From Pseudomonadota bacterium (GTDB taxonomy: Bacteria; Pseudomonadota; Alphaproteobacteria; UBA11222), in contig JBMOMX010000020.1 in the NCBI GenBank assembly GCA_049323435.1, forward strand, positions 53,665 through 117,664: 64,000 nt of DNA. Reading direction: 5' to 3'. Both the position numbers and the translations under genes were made by a program. Of the stretch, positions 1-8,280 are shown one piece after another. How positions within the stretch are numbered: position 1 is the first letter of the stretch; each line of letters starts with the position of its first letter. The notes under the pieces were generated by a model. That model was given only the letters and a program-made list of their open reading frames with translations. It ran no database searches and was not told the origin of the DNA.

Positions 1-570
1 AGTTTGAAATGGGATGCGCAAGGCTGGGTTGGCGGCGACTACAACAAACTATGGCTGAAAACCGAGGGAGCAAAGCGCACCGGCGGCAAAGTCGAAGACG
101 CCGAGGCGCAGCTATTATACAGCCGTCTGCTGACGGATTTTTTCGATGTGCAGGCGGGCGTGCGCTATGACCCGGAACCGCATCCAAGGCGTGGCTATGC
201 GGTGTTGGGCATACAGGGCCTTGCCCCCTATTATTTTGAAACCGATGCGGCGCTGTTTTTGAGCAATGAAGGCGAATTGTCGGCCCGGTTTGAAGCGGAA
301 TATGAGCTGCTGCTGACCCAGCGGCTTATCCTGCAACCTGCCCTGGAGGTTAATCTGTCAGCGGAAAAAGTAAAATCGCGCGGCATAGGTTCAGGCGTCA
401 ATGACATCGAACTGGGCCTGCGCCTGCGCTATGAAATAAAACGCGAATTCGCGCCCTATATCGGCGTCAACTGGGAACGCAAACTGGGCCGGACAGCGGA
501 CATTGCCCGTGATGACGGCGAGGATATCGAAATCCCTTCGCTCATCGCGGGCATCCGATTGTGGTTTTAG
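1..570 (+). CDS. copB: Copper resistance protein B (outer-membrane beta-barrel), 5'-truncated by window edge
   Basis: Motifs WVGGDYNKLWLKTEG, AQLLYSR, GLAPYYFE, LLTQRLILQP, LRLRYEIKREFAPYIG and terminal GIRLWF. Confidence 0.93.
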   Translation, partial: SLKWDAQGWVGGDYNKLWLKTEGAKRTGGKVEDAEAQLLYSRLLTDFFDVQAGVRYDPEPHPRRGYAVLGIQGLAPYYFETDAALFLSNEGELSARFEAEYELLLTQRLILQPALEVNLSAEKVKSRGIGSGVNDIELGLRLRYEIKREFAPYIGVNWERKLGRTADIARDDGEDIEIPSLIAGIRLWF

Positions 571-603
571 AAGCTGCTCTCGCCACTTGAAATCGGGAAC
601 AAC

Positions 604-649
604 TTTATCCAGTCAGACTGAATCAATTGGTTCAGTCTGACTGGATAAA
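604..649. repeat. 46-bp near-perfect palindrome (19-bp perfect arms)
   Basis: tttatccagtcagactgaa-tcaattgg-ttcagtctgactggataaa. Confidence 0.9.
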
Positions 650-766
650 CCCCGGGACAATGTCCACGCGGCCACCCGGTAAAAGCGAGAACACGGCGGC
701 AACCACACCAGTGCAGATCAGCCCGTGACTCGGGCCGTATTCAACCATCATGTGCTCCATCATCAT
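650..766 (-). pseudogene. Truncated, degenerate paralog of the small membrane protein at 2296-2520
   Basis: MMMEHMMVEYGPSHGLICTGVVAAVFSLLPGGR aligns with MTMMNNMMVGYGFSHWLMFAVMAALILYPVGR; similarity ends near the 604-649 palindrome. Confidence 0.6.
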
Positions 767-867
767 TTTCCCATGAAATTCAATACCGCCCAGAGGGGCC
801 GCAGTCATTTCATTCAAGACGCATGATTGGAATCCGGCATATTCACGGCTGATACACTCAGTGGAGG

Positions 868-1575
868 TTGATGACTATGACGGATCGTAAATTTGTTCCT
901 GCGCTCGGCAGTGCGGCATTAACAGGCCAATATGATCGCGTCATCGCCTTGATGACGCGTGAGAAGCGTTGGCGCGCGGCGCTGCTTTCTGCAATTGATC
1001 CAAAGAATGGCGAAGTTATTCTCGACGTTGGCGCTGGTACCGGCACGCAGGCGATCATTACTAAGCGTACTGCGCCTGGCGCACGTGTCATTGCGCTTGA
1101 TCCGGATCCTGAGGTGCTCAGGTTTGCAAAGGCCAAAGCCGAAGCAGCAGGAGTGGTGCTCGAATATGTCGAAGGCATGGGAGATCGGGCGGCCCAACTT
1201 GTTGGTGTGGCGGGCGCGGATAAGGTAATTTCGAGTCTGATGCTCCACCATTGTTCTATTCCGATGAAAAGCGCAGTACTTGCCGCCATGCATGCCAGTC
1301 TTCGGCCACAAGGCATACTGCATATCGCTGATTATGGGCAGCAACGCACATTTCTGATGCGATTGCTATTTCTGCAGGTTCAGTTGACTGATGGCTTCGA
1401 GACTACACAACCTAACGCCGATGGCATGCTTCCGCAGTTAATTGCACAGGCTGGTTTTGTGGACATATTGGAAACAAGGGTGATTCAGACGCTAACCGGC
1501 TCAATCTCCATCTACACTGCGGTAAAACCGGCACAGGGGTACTCCGGCCAGCGATCCGTTAGCGCAGTGCAATAG
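868..1575 (+). CDS. Class I SAM-dependent methyltransferase (UbiE/Methyltransf_11-like)
   Basis: ILDVGAGTG motif I, ALDPD motif, SSLMLHH, LRPQGILHIADY; GGAGG RBS upstream. Confidence 0.88.
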   Translation: MMTMTDRKFVPALGSAALTGQYDRVIALMTREKRWRAALLSAIDPKNGEVILDVGAGTGTQAIITKRTAPGARVIALDPDPEVLRFAKAKAEAAGVVLEYVEGMGDRAAQLVGVAGADKVISSLMLHHCSIPMKSAVLAAMHASLRPQGILHIADYGQQRTFLMRLLFLQVQLTDGFETTQPNADGMLPQLIAQAGFVDILETRVIQTLTGSISIYTAVKPAQGYSGQRSVSAVQ

Positions 1576-2260
1576 CAGCGGCGCCTGGCGTCAGGCCAAA
1601 CATGCGGCGCATCGTTCGTGAAAAATGCGGCTGATCCGCAAAGCCACCGGCATGTGCGGCCTCCGCAAGCGACGCCCCCGTCGAGATCGCGCGTGCGGCA
1701 TGCTCGAGTTTTCGCCAGAGCAGCCATTGCGACAACGGCGCGCCAGTCTCGGCGCGCGTGAGCGCCCTCAAACGCGATGGTGAAAGCCCCACCGCAACCG
1801 CAGCATTGTGGATTGCGTTTGGCCCCCAGTCGCTCGCAAAGACGCCTATGGCGGTTGCAACACGGCCGTCATGGCACGGCGCGGGGTCTATGAGAGAAAT
1901 AGCAAGTTGCGCCATGGTAGTTTGAGGCGATGCTGTTGCCTGTAGAGTATCTGCTACCGGGGGCGGCGCCGCACAAATTTCAGCAGACCCCATGGTGTGG
2001 ATCAACGCCCTGCCAATGTTCGATTGAGGCTCAATGAAAATCAGCAGAACTTCTTCGCCAGCGCAGATCAACCGGTGCCGTGCACGAGGTCTGATCATCA
2101 CCGAAGATGCCAAGAGCATCGAGCCCTGAGCTTCAATCTGCACGGGTCCGCTGATGCCTAAGGCGATCTGCACAGCAAGATGCGCATGTTCAGACGTGTC
2201 GTGCGCCGGTCCGCGATATCCCGCCCACATCTCACCAAAAACGAAATCTCCGCTCCACAT
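1559..2260 (-). CDS. AraC family transcriptional regulator
   Basis: Cupin-like N-terminus (HAHLAVQI); C-terminal LSPSRLR and AAHAGGFADQPHFSRTMRRMFGLTP. Confidence 0.9.
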   Translation of the reverse strand: MWSGDFVFGEMWAGYRGPAHDTSEHAHLAVQIALGISGPVQIEAQGSMLLASSVMIRPRARHRLICAGEEVLLIFIEPQSNIGRALIHTMGSAEICAAPPPVADTLQATASPQTTMAQLAISLIDPAPCHDGRVATAIGVFASDWGPNAIHNAAVAVGLSPSRLRALTRAETGAPLSQWLLWRKLEHAARAISTGASLAEAAHAGGFADQPHFSRTMRRMFGLTPGAAAIALR

Positions 2261-2295
2261 ATGTCAACCCGTGCTACATAGGGCGCAGGTGATTC

Positions 2296-2520
2296 CTAGG
2301 CATCAGTTTTGCCGCCGCCGCGCGGCCACTCAGTGAAAGCGAGAACCCAAAGTCCTGCCAGATTCAGGAATGGGATCAGTGCGACAACGGACCAGAATGG
2401 CGACAGGCCGATACGGCCAAGAATCCTGCCGACGGGATAGAGTATCAAGGCCGCCATTACCGCGAACATCAGCCAGTGACTGAAGCCATAGCCCACCATC
2501 ATGTTATTCATCATCGTCAT
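2296..2520 (-). CDS. Small integral membrane protein, Met-rich N-terminus
   Basis: 74 aa, hydrophobic helices, GLSPFWS..IPFLNL..LAFTEWP; CAGGAGA RBS upstream on minus strand. Confidence 0.75.
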   Translation of the reverse strand: MTMMNNMMVGYGFSHWLMFAVMAALILYPVGRILGRIGLSPFWSVVALIPFLNLAGLWVLAFTEWPRGGGKTDA

Positions 2521-2553
2521 TCTCCTGTGAAGTTACACCAATGCGGCATCAAT

Positions 2554-3228
2554 CTATGCTGACCCTGCTGTGTTTATAGATTGCCTGCCGCCGCCGAATA
2601 TCATCCAAACCAGATAGAGCGACATCAATCCGCCGCCAAAACAAAACACTGATATATACGCGTAAGCGAAAAATACATACGTGATGATCAGCACCGTAAA
2701 AACCAGCAAGCCAAAAATTCGGATGTTTGAATGTGAGGACAGCAATAGCGGTCCGATGACGAAGCCGACATAGAGCATGTAAGTTGCCGGGCGTCCGATG
2801 ATGTAATCAAATATTTCCTTGCCCTCGTAACTTATTGCCTGCCCCAGGAAGTTTGTGATCAGCCAATTATCGTGGGCAAAATACGGAAAATATTGCGTCC
2901 CGCCAAGAATGCCGCCGGAAATTGCGAGGCTGACAAACAGCGGCCTGCGCCGTGCAGGCTCCAGGAAATACACCGAGAATGGCACCCACACGGGCCACGC
3001 CAGCCAGGAAAAAAACATGTAGGCGAGCGAAAATCGCTCCACCAGGCCGGGGTTTCCGTTTGACGTCCATACCGCGCCCTCCAATGCCTGCTGCACGCCG
3101 AATAACAGGGGGAGCGCGGCGATAGGAATGTAGCGGCGATCTGTCTTATAGGCGCGCAGGATCGCCGCCACGCCTGCGGGCAGGAGGATGGCGGCGGCGG
3201 CAAAGCTTACCCCGGCTGAAAAGCACAT
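2554..3228 (-). CDS. Polytopic membrane protein (DUF6629-like)
   Basis: Starts MCFSAGVSF; PLLFGVQQALEG.VW; YISVFCF; several TM segments. Confidence 0.7.
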   Translation of the reverse strand: MCFSAGVSFAAAAILLPAGVAAILRAYKTDRRYIPIAALPLLFGVQQALEGAVWTSNGNPGLVERFSLAYMFFSWLAWPVWVPFSVYFLEPARRRPLFVSLAISGGILGGTQYFPYFAHDNWLITNFLGQAISYEGKEIFDYIIGRPATYMLYVGFVIGPLLLSSHSNIRIFGLLVFTVLIITYVFFAYAYISVFCFGGGLMSLYLVWMIFGGGRQSINTAGSA

Positions 3229-3330
3229 GGCGCACCCTGATATTGACCGTTTATTCGTGAGGGTAGACTTATATACCCCGCATTGGTATCTTATACACCC
3301 CACACCGGTATTTTAATCCTGGAGGATAAA

Positions 3331-4086
3331 ATGACCATTGCGCTGGATACACTCAGGGCGCTTCCCTTGTTTTCCGATCTTTCACAGGATGATGGCGCGG
3401 TTCTTGTCCGCAACAGCCGGATTATTAGCTGCAATCGTGGAAAGTTTCTGTTTATGCACGGCGGTAAAATCACGCATTTTTACGTGATCTGCCGGGGCGC
3501 CATGCAAATCTTCCGCGATACGCCGGGCGGGCAAGAGGTCACCAATAATATTCTGATCGCCGGGGACAGCATCAATTCCGATGAAGTCGTTGCCCGGCAG
3601 GATCGGCATCAGATGAATGCGCGCGCTGTCGATGATTGTTCACTGCTTGAAATTCCCATTTCCTGGATGCGGGAACATCTCAAAGATTTCGATCATATCG
3701 CGGAAAAACTACTGGCCAGCGTTGCTGACCGGCTGCATAGCGTCCAGGTGGATGTCGAACATCTCACCACCATGTCGGCTGCCCAGATGGTGGCCTGCTA
3801 TCTGCAAAAACTTTGTGTGCTGTACAATTTAGACCCGCACGGGTTTGAATTACCCTATACCAAAGCCTTGATAGCCTCGCGCCTGCACATGGAAAAAGAA
3901 ACCTTTTCACGCACCCTGCAAACCTTGCGCGATCAGGGTATTACGGTCACTGGCGTGCATGTTTCCATCAAGGATATGCGAAAGGCCGATAATTTCGTTT
4001 GTGGCGAATGCTCGGCCGCCGAAGAATGCGGGACACACCGTGCATTGCACGAGAAACTGGATAAACGCTCCGGACACGGAACTTAA
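3331..4086 (+). CDS. Crp/Fnr family transcriptional regulator with C-terminal CxxCx5CxxH
   Basis: cNMP-binding-like domain, HTH LIASRLHMEKETFSR, GGAGG RBS. Confidence 0.9.
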   Translation: MTIALDTLRALPLFSDLSQDDGAVLVRNSRIISCNRGKFLFMHGGKITHFYVICRGAMQIFRDTPGGQEVTNNILIAGDSINSDEVVARQDRHQMNARAVDDCSLLEIPISWMREHLKDFDHIAEKLLASVADRLHSVQVDVEHLTTMSAAQMVACYLQKLCVLYNLDPHGFELPYTKALIASRLHMEKETFSRTLQTLRDQGITVTGVHVSIKDMRKADNFVCGECSAAEECGTHRALHEKLDKRSGHGT

Positions 4087-4322
4087 ATTTCTTCCGGGTT
4101 TTGGCGCCTCCGTCGGCTGCAACACGCAGGCGCTGGGCGCTAATACCAACGGCCCTGTAATCCCACTCTTCGTCATCTGAGCCCCCGCTTTAGCGAGGAC
4201 AGGCTCCATTTCCTGCGGGCTGCCATAGCTGATGTGCGCCAAACCACGACATCGTATCCGGCGACTTTCTGCCAGATGCATAGAATTTGCTCAGAGTATG
4301 CCTTAAAGAGGCCTCTCTAAGC

Positions 4323-4342
4323 AAAAAAGGCCCCGAAGGGCT
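4323..4342 (-). terminator. Intrinsic terminator downstream of tRNA-Gly
   Basis: Minus strand GCCC-TTCG-GGGC followed by C and T6. Confidence 0.6.
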
Positions 4343-4374
4343 ATATTTAACACATTGAAATCATTGAGATTATC

Positions 4375-4449
4375 TGGAGCGGGCGATGAGATTCGAACTC
4401 ACGACCCTAACCTTGGCAAGGTTATGCTCTACCCCTGAGCTACGCCCGC
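4375..4449 (-). tRNA. tRNA-Gly (GCC)
   Basis: Reverse complement GCGGGCGTAGCTCAGGGGTAGAGCATAACCTTGCCAAGGTTAGGGTCGTGAGTTCGAATCTCATCGCCCGCTCCA. Confidence 0.97.
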
Positions 4450-4573
4450 TCGCGCCCGGTACGGGTTACCGGGGGCTTCTTATCTCTCAAGCGGGCGCAA
4501 TTTGCAACCCTTATCGCATGCGAACGCTGCCGGCCGGAATTTAACGGGTTTCGCGCCTCCATGCGCGCAGGGT

Positions 4574-5287
4574 TTACGCGATAATAGAAATGAAGGCCCG
4601 CTCCAGCGTGGTTTCATTTTGCTGTTCGCATAATGCCGCCGGCCCGCCGGAATAAAGCAGGACCCCGTTATGCAGCACGGCGATACGGTCACATAATTCC
4701 TCCAAATCAGTCAGAATATGTGAACTTAAAAAGATGGCATTGTTTTGGGCGCGGTAGGCCAGCATCTGCGTCTTGAGCCGGATACGCGCGCGCGGGTCGA
4801 GCCCGCTCATGGGTTCATCCAGGATCAATAGCGGGCAGTTGGTAAGAAATGTTGCCAAAAGCCCTATTTTCTGGGCCATTCCTTTGGAAAGCGCGGCAAT
4901 CCGCTGATCCAGGGCGCCGGGCGCCAGATCAATGGCGCGCGCCAGATCATCAGCCTGATCACGCACAAATTTCAGATTATGAAATCCCAGCGACAGCCGT
5001 AAAAACTGCACCCCCGTCATGGAAAGAGGAGGGTGAAAATTTTCGGGCAGATAGGCAACCTGCCGCCGGCTTTCAGGATCGTCATGGGATGTGCCAAAAA
5101 AACGCACCGTGCCGGATTCCGGCTCCAGCAGGCTTAGCGCGGCTTTCATCATTGTGGTCTTGCCCGCACCATTGAGTCCGACAAGACCGAATATTTCTCC
5201 CGGATTGACCCGAAGCGACAGATTCTCAAACACGGTTTTTTTACCATGCAGGACGGTCAGGCCATTTATGTCCAGCGGCAGTTCCAA
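4574..5287 (-). CDS. ABC transporter ATP-binding protein (PilH-like, pilus cluster)
   Basis: Walker A GLNGAGKTT, signature LSKGM, Walker B LILDEPMSGLDP, SSH switch. Confidence 0.92.
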   Translation of the reverse strand: MELPLDINGLTVLHGKKTVFENLSLRVNPGEIFGLVGLNGAGKTTMMKAALSLLEPESGTVRFFGTSHDDPESRRQVAYLPENFHPPLSMTGVQFLRLSLGFHNLKFVRDQADDLARAIDLAPGALDQRIAALSKGMAQKIGLLATFLTNCPLLILDEPMSGLDPRARIRLKTQMLAYRAQNNAIFLSSHILTDLEELCDRIAVLHNGVLLYSGGPAALCEQQNETTLERAFISIIA

Positions 5288-5305
5288 AATCTGTCCGTTT
5301 CCCGT

Positions 5306-5998
5306 CTATTTGCGTGTCTGGCTGTCTTCGGTTATCCGCAACTGATCAATCAAAAAAGTCTGATTGGGGCGAAGCCTGACAGCGATGGGGCTGGCGCCGG
5401 GGGTTGGAATGACGTTCATATCGGCATGATGCGCCGTGACCTTCAGCTGTTGCAGAAAGGGCGGAATGCTGTTCATGCGCACCTGCCGGTTGCCAAGCCA
5501 CAGCGTCCAGTTGCTGGCGTCAGTATAGATCAGCGCCGACAGATGCAACCGTTCGATTTTCCAGCTGGGTTTGTTTTCCGGGATTTGCAGAGCGCCGTCC
5601 TTGCCCGCACCAGGCGTATTATTTCTGTCGCGCGGGCGAATCGACAGCGCCGCCTCAATGGACTGTTGTTCAGAAATGGAAAAAAGCAGGGAGCCTGCAA
5701 AATCCGTTTCTGCTTTTGCCTCCGCTTCCGCCTCCGCTTCTGCGGCACGGCCGCCCGCAACCGGCGCGGCGGCAATCAGCAGCATCATGGCGGCGCCATA
5801 TATCATTTGCAAGCTAGAGCGTTTTTTTATCGCGTTGATCCAATCAGCTTGATTTGTCATTGCGAGGAGCGAAGCGACGCGGCAACCCAGGGGCCAAAAA
5901 CTCAGGCCTTTCCTTGTGACTCTGGATTGCTTCGCTTCGCTCGCAATGACGAATTTGGAGGGAAGCGATTCAATATGATCATAAATTGCTCTAGACAT
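5306..5998 (-). CDS. Putative exported pilus-associated protein carrying a 59-codon palindromic-element insertion at its N-terminus
   Basis: Co-oriented in pilus operon; signal-like MIYGAAMMLLIAAAPVAGGRA follows the insert; the true start may be a downstream Met. Confidence 0.65.
   Translation of the reverse strand: MSRAIYDHIESLPSKFVIASEAKQSRVTRKGLSFWPLGCRVASLLAMTNQADWINAIKKRSSLQMIYGAAMMLLIAAAPVAGGRAAEAEAEAEAKAETDFAGSLLFSISEQQSIEAALSIRPRDRNNTPGAGKDGALQIPENKPSWKIERLHLSALIYTDASNWTLWLGNRQVRMNSIPPFLQQLKVTAHHADMNVIPTPGASPIAVRLRPNQTFLIDQLRITEDSQTRK
5814..5994. mobile_element. Nested palindromic MITE-like element (CTAGAGC...GCTCTAG ends, inner GTCATTGCGAG...CTCGCAATGAC hairpin)
   Basis: Terminal inverted repeats with CTAG at both ends; inner inverted repeat 5856-5950 of REP/RPE type. 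Confidence 0.8.
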
Positions 5999-6004
5999 GT
6001 TCCA

Positions 6005-6646
6005 TCATGATCCATCCGGCTGCGGGCTGTCCTGCACGGCCTGCCATAAAATCTTCAAGGATCCTTCCACCAGTTCGCTGCCCCCGCCCAGGCTGATTTG
6101 TGAAAGCAATGCAGCGTCCGGCGCAGAAATTTTTTCCATCTCCACTTCGGTAATGGTTACAAAGCCCGGCAGGCCGCGCTTAAGCGCTGCAATGAAATTG
6201 CGCAGGTCACTGTCTAGAAATCCGCGCATGTTGAGCGATATTTCCGATACATTCAGTGTTTCGCTGCTATTGCCGGATTGCCGCAGAATGGTAACGGTTT
6301 TCACGGGTTCGATTTGATATTCGAGGCTGGATATTCTGTGCTGCACCCGCAGTGATTCCAGAATGCGCGCGGCATCAAGCCGGTTCTGCGGGCCTATAAA
6401 ACCGCGCCCGGCAAGTAAATCAAATTTATTCCGGTCCTGCGCTTCACGGGCCTTGCGCGCGCTGAGATCATTCATCTGGATGTTGATGCTGATCACACCG
6501 TCATTCGCCGCGGCCTTCATCTGCTGAAAACTGGCAAGATCCGGCAACAGGTAGATATAACATCCGGCGCTGATTGCCAGGAAGAAAATCAGCGCCGCGG
6601 CAAACCTTTGCACCAGGGCTGATTGCGCGGCCTCGCGATCAATCAT
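6005..6646 (-). CDS. Bitopic alignment-complex protein (PilO/GspM/MshJ-like)
   Basis: N-terminal TM, coiled coil, ferredoxin-like C-terminal pattern; operon position after PilM/N-like gene. Confidence 0.55.
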   Translation of the reverse strand: MIDREAAQSALVQRFAAALIFFLAISAGCYIYLLPDLASFQQMKAAANDGVISINIQMNDLSARKAREAQDRNKFDLLAGRGFIGPQNRLDAARILESLRVQHRISSLEYQIEPVKTVTILRQSGNSSETLNVSEISLNMRGFLDSDLRNFIAALKRGLPGFVTITEVEMEKISAPDAALLSQISLGGGSELVEGSLKILWQAVQDSPQPDGS

Positions 6647-8271
6647 TTCAATCTCCCGGTCAGTTCTATTTTTGCAATCCGGTCTTCTCCGGAAATGGTC
6701 AGCACATTCTCACCCGGCTTAACCGTAAGGGTTTCTTCGGGCAATATACGCAGTGGCTGGCGTAAAATCTTGATCTTCATGCCGGGCAACGCCAGACGAA
6801 GCGCCTGTATCATCCTGTCTGCTTCCGCTATCGCCAGTTCAGCATCACGAAACGAGGAAAGGTCAAGGTTCAGAACAATCCCAACCTCAACCGGCGGCGT
6901 TTCAGCCGATTCATCAGCAGGCAAAGGCGGATCCTGTACCGGCGCCAGCGCAAGCTCGGGCGGATCAATCTCGATATCCAGCGCATGCAACCTCACATTC
7001 CCGGAAAGGGCTGAGTTAATGACCGTGTACAGACTGTTCAGATCAATATCCGCGTTCTGCAACTGTGCGTGTATGGCGATTATGTCTCGCATTCTGGCAA
7101 TGGGCATTGGGCCGCTGTCCAGCTTGCTGACTTCTTCATCATAGCGCTGTTGCAGCGCTGCGCGGGTGGATTCAAGCTGGAGATATTCCGCTTCAGTACG
7201 CTGAATTTCCCAATATATATTTGCCGAATAGAGTATGGCCGCCAGGGATGCCGCAGCCAGCGCGCGCGCGCCCCAGACATAGCCCAGAACCCTTGATCGC
7301 GCCTGACGCAGATTGAGGGCCCAGACAGAAAGTGCGGGTATGATCCGGCTTGCCCCCCAGGCCGCATGCAGCAGATCAGCAAAATGGCCGCTATCGTCGC
7401 GCGCGCCGCTGATCCCGGCCAGGCTTTCCGCTTCCGCCGGCGTATAAACCGTCAGCTTGCGCACGGGCAGTTGCACATTTTTCAGGGCCGCGCTGATATC
7501 GCTGCGCCCTATGAAAATAGCGTCAAGCCCAGCGGTGCGGTCAAACCCAAGGCGCGTAATATAATCAATGGTTGCGCCGATCTCGCGGCGCAGCAGGCCG
7601 GCAATCTCAGCCGGGCTCTCAATAGCGGCAGAACTGGCGGTCATGCGGGCAATCGCAAGACCGCCGTCGCGGGTGACGATCTGGCGAAATCCGCCCGTAC
7701 GGTGATGCGTTATCAGAATATTCCAGGGGTTTGGCTTGGAGAGTTTCCCATTACCTGCATGCATTATCTGCTGAAGCAGTTTGACGGATTCTACCGGAAG
7801 CAGACGGATGTCACATGCCGGATTTTCAATTTGCGATAAAACAGATTGCCATTCAGTGATTTCAGGCGAAGCGGCGATGGATGCGAACAGATAGTCAAAT
7901 CCCCGGATTTCGCCAGTGGACCGGCCAAGCTGCATGCCGCCTTTAAGTTCGGCGCCCGGAAACAGACTGTCCAGCTTGCGGGCCAGAATTTTGGGCCGGT
8001 CCAGCAGACTCACCGGCGGCAAACGGTCACGGCGATAAGTCTGACCCAGAACATCGTACAGCATCACTACGGGATATTTCGGGAATTCAGACAGCGCCAG
8101 TTTGGCCTGGCGAATATTTTCTTCGATGGTTCCGGTCAGAAACTGGTGAGAAACTATCCGGCTTCCGGACAGGCGGGCGATCAGCGCGCCTGTATCCCCG
8201 ATCATAAGGACAAACCGTTTCAGCGCAAACAGCCGTTGCGCAATGCCTTCGATGTCCGTCAATGAGGGCAC
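6643..8271 (-). CDS. PilM/PilN (GspL/MshI)-like fused alignment protein
   Basis: Large cytoplasmic N-domain, single TM near residue 340, coiled coil, periplasmic domain; position after platform gene. Confidence 0.55.
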   Translation of the reverse strand: MPSLTDIEGIAQRLFALKRFVLMIGDTGALIARLSGSRIVSHQFLTGTIEENIRQAKLALSEFPKYPVVMLYDVLGQTYRRDRLPPVSLLDRPKILARKLDSLFPGAELKGGMQLGRSTGEIRGFDYLFASIAASPEITEWQSVLSQIENPACDIRLLPVESVKLLQQIMHAGNGKLSKPNPWNILITHHRTGGFRQIVTRDGGLAIARMTASSAAIESPAEIAGLLRREIGATIDYITRLGFDRTAGLDAIFIGRSDISAALKNVQLPVRKLTVYTPAEAESLAGISGARDDSGHFADLLHAAWGASRIIPALSVWALNLRQARSRVLGYVWGARALAAASLAAILYSANIYWEIQRTEAEYLQLESTRAALQQRYDEEVSKLDSGPMPIARMRDIIAIHAQLQNADIDLNSLYTVINSALSGNVRLHALDIEIDPPELALAPVQDPPLPADESAETPPVEVGIVLNLDLSSFRDAELAIAEADRMIQALRLALPGMKIKILRQPLRILPEETLTVKPGENVLTISGEDRIAKIELTGRLK

Positions 8272-8280
8272 GACAGCGTC

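Noticed and set aside
3907-4281. Possible integrase remnant next to tRNA-Gly
   Set aside because: No recombinase motif recognised in the frames I read
5246-6010. 254-aa plus-strand ORF containing CHCEERSD
   Set aside because: Opposite the pilus operon; the motif is only the palindromic element read in another frame
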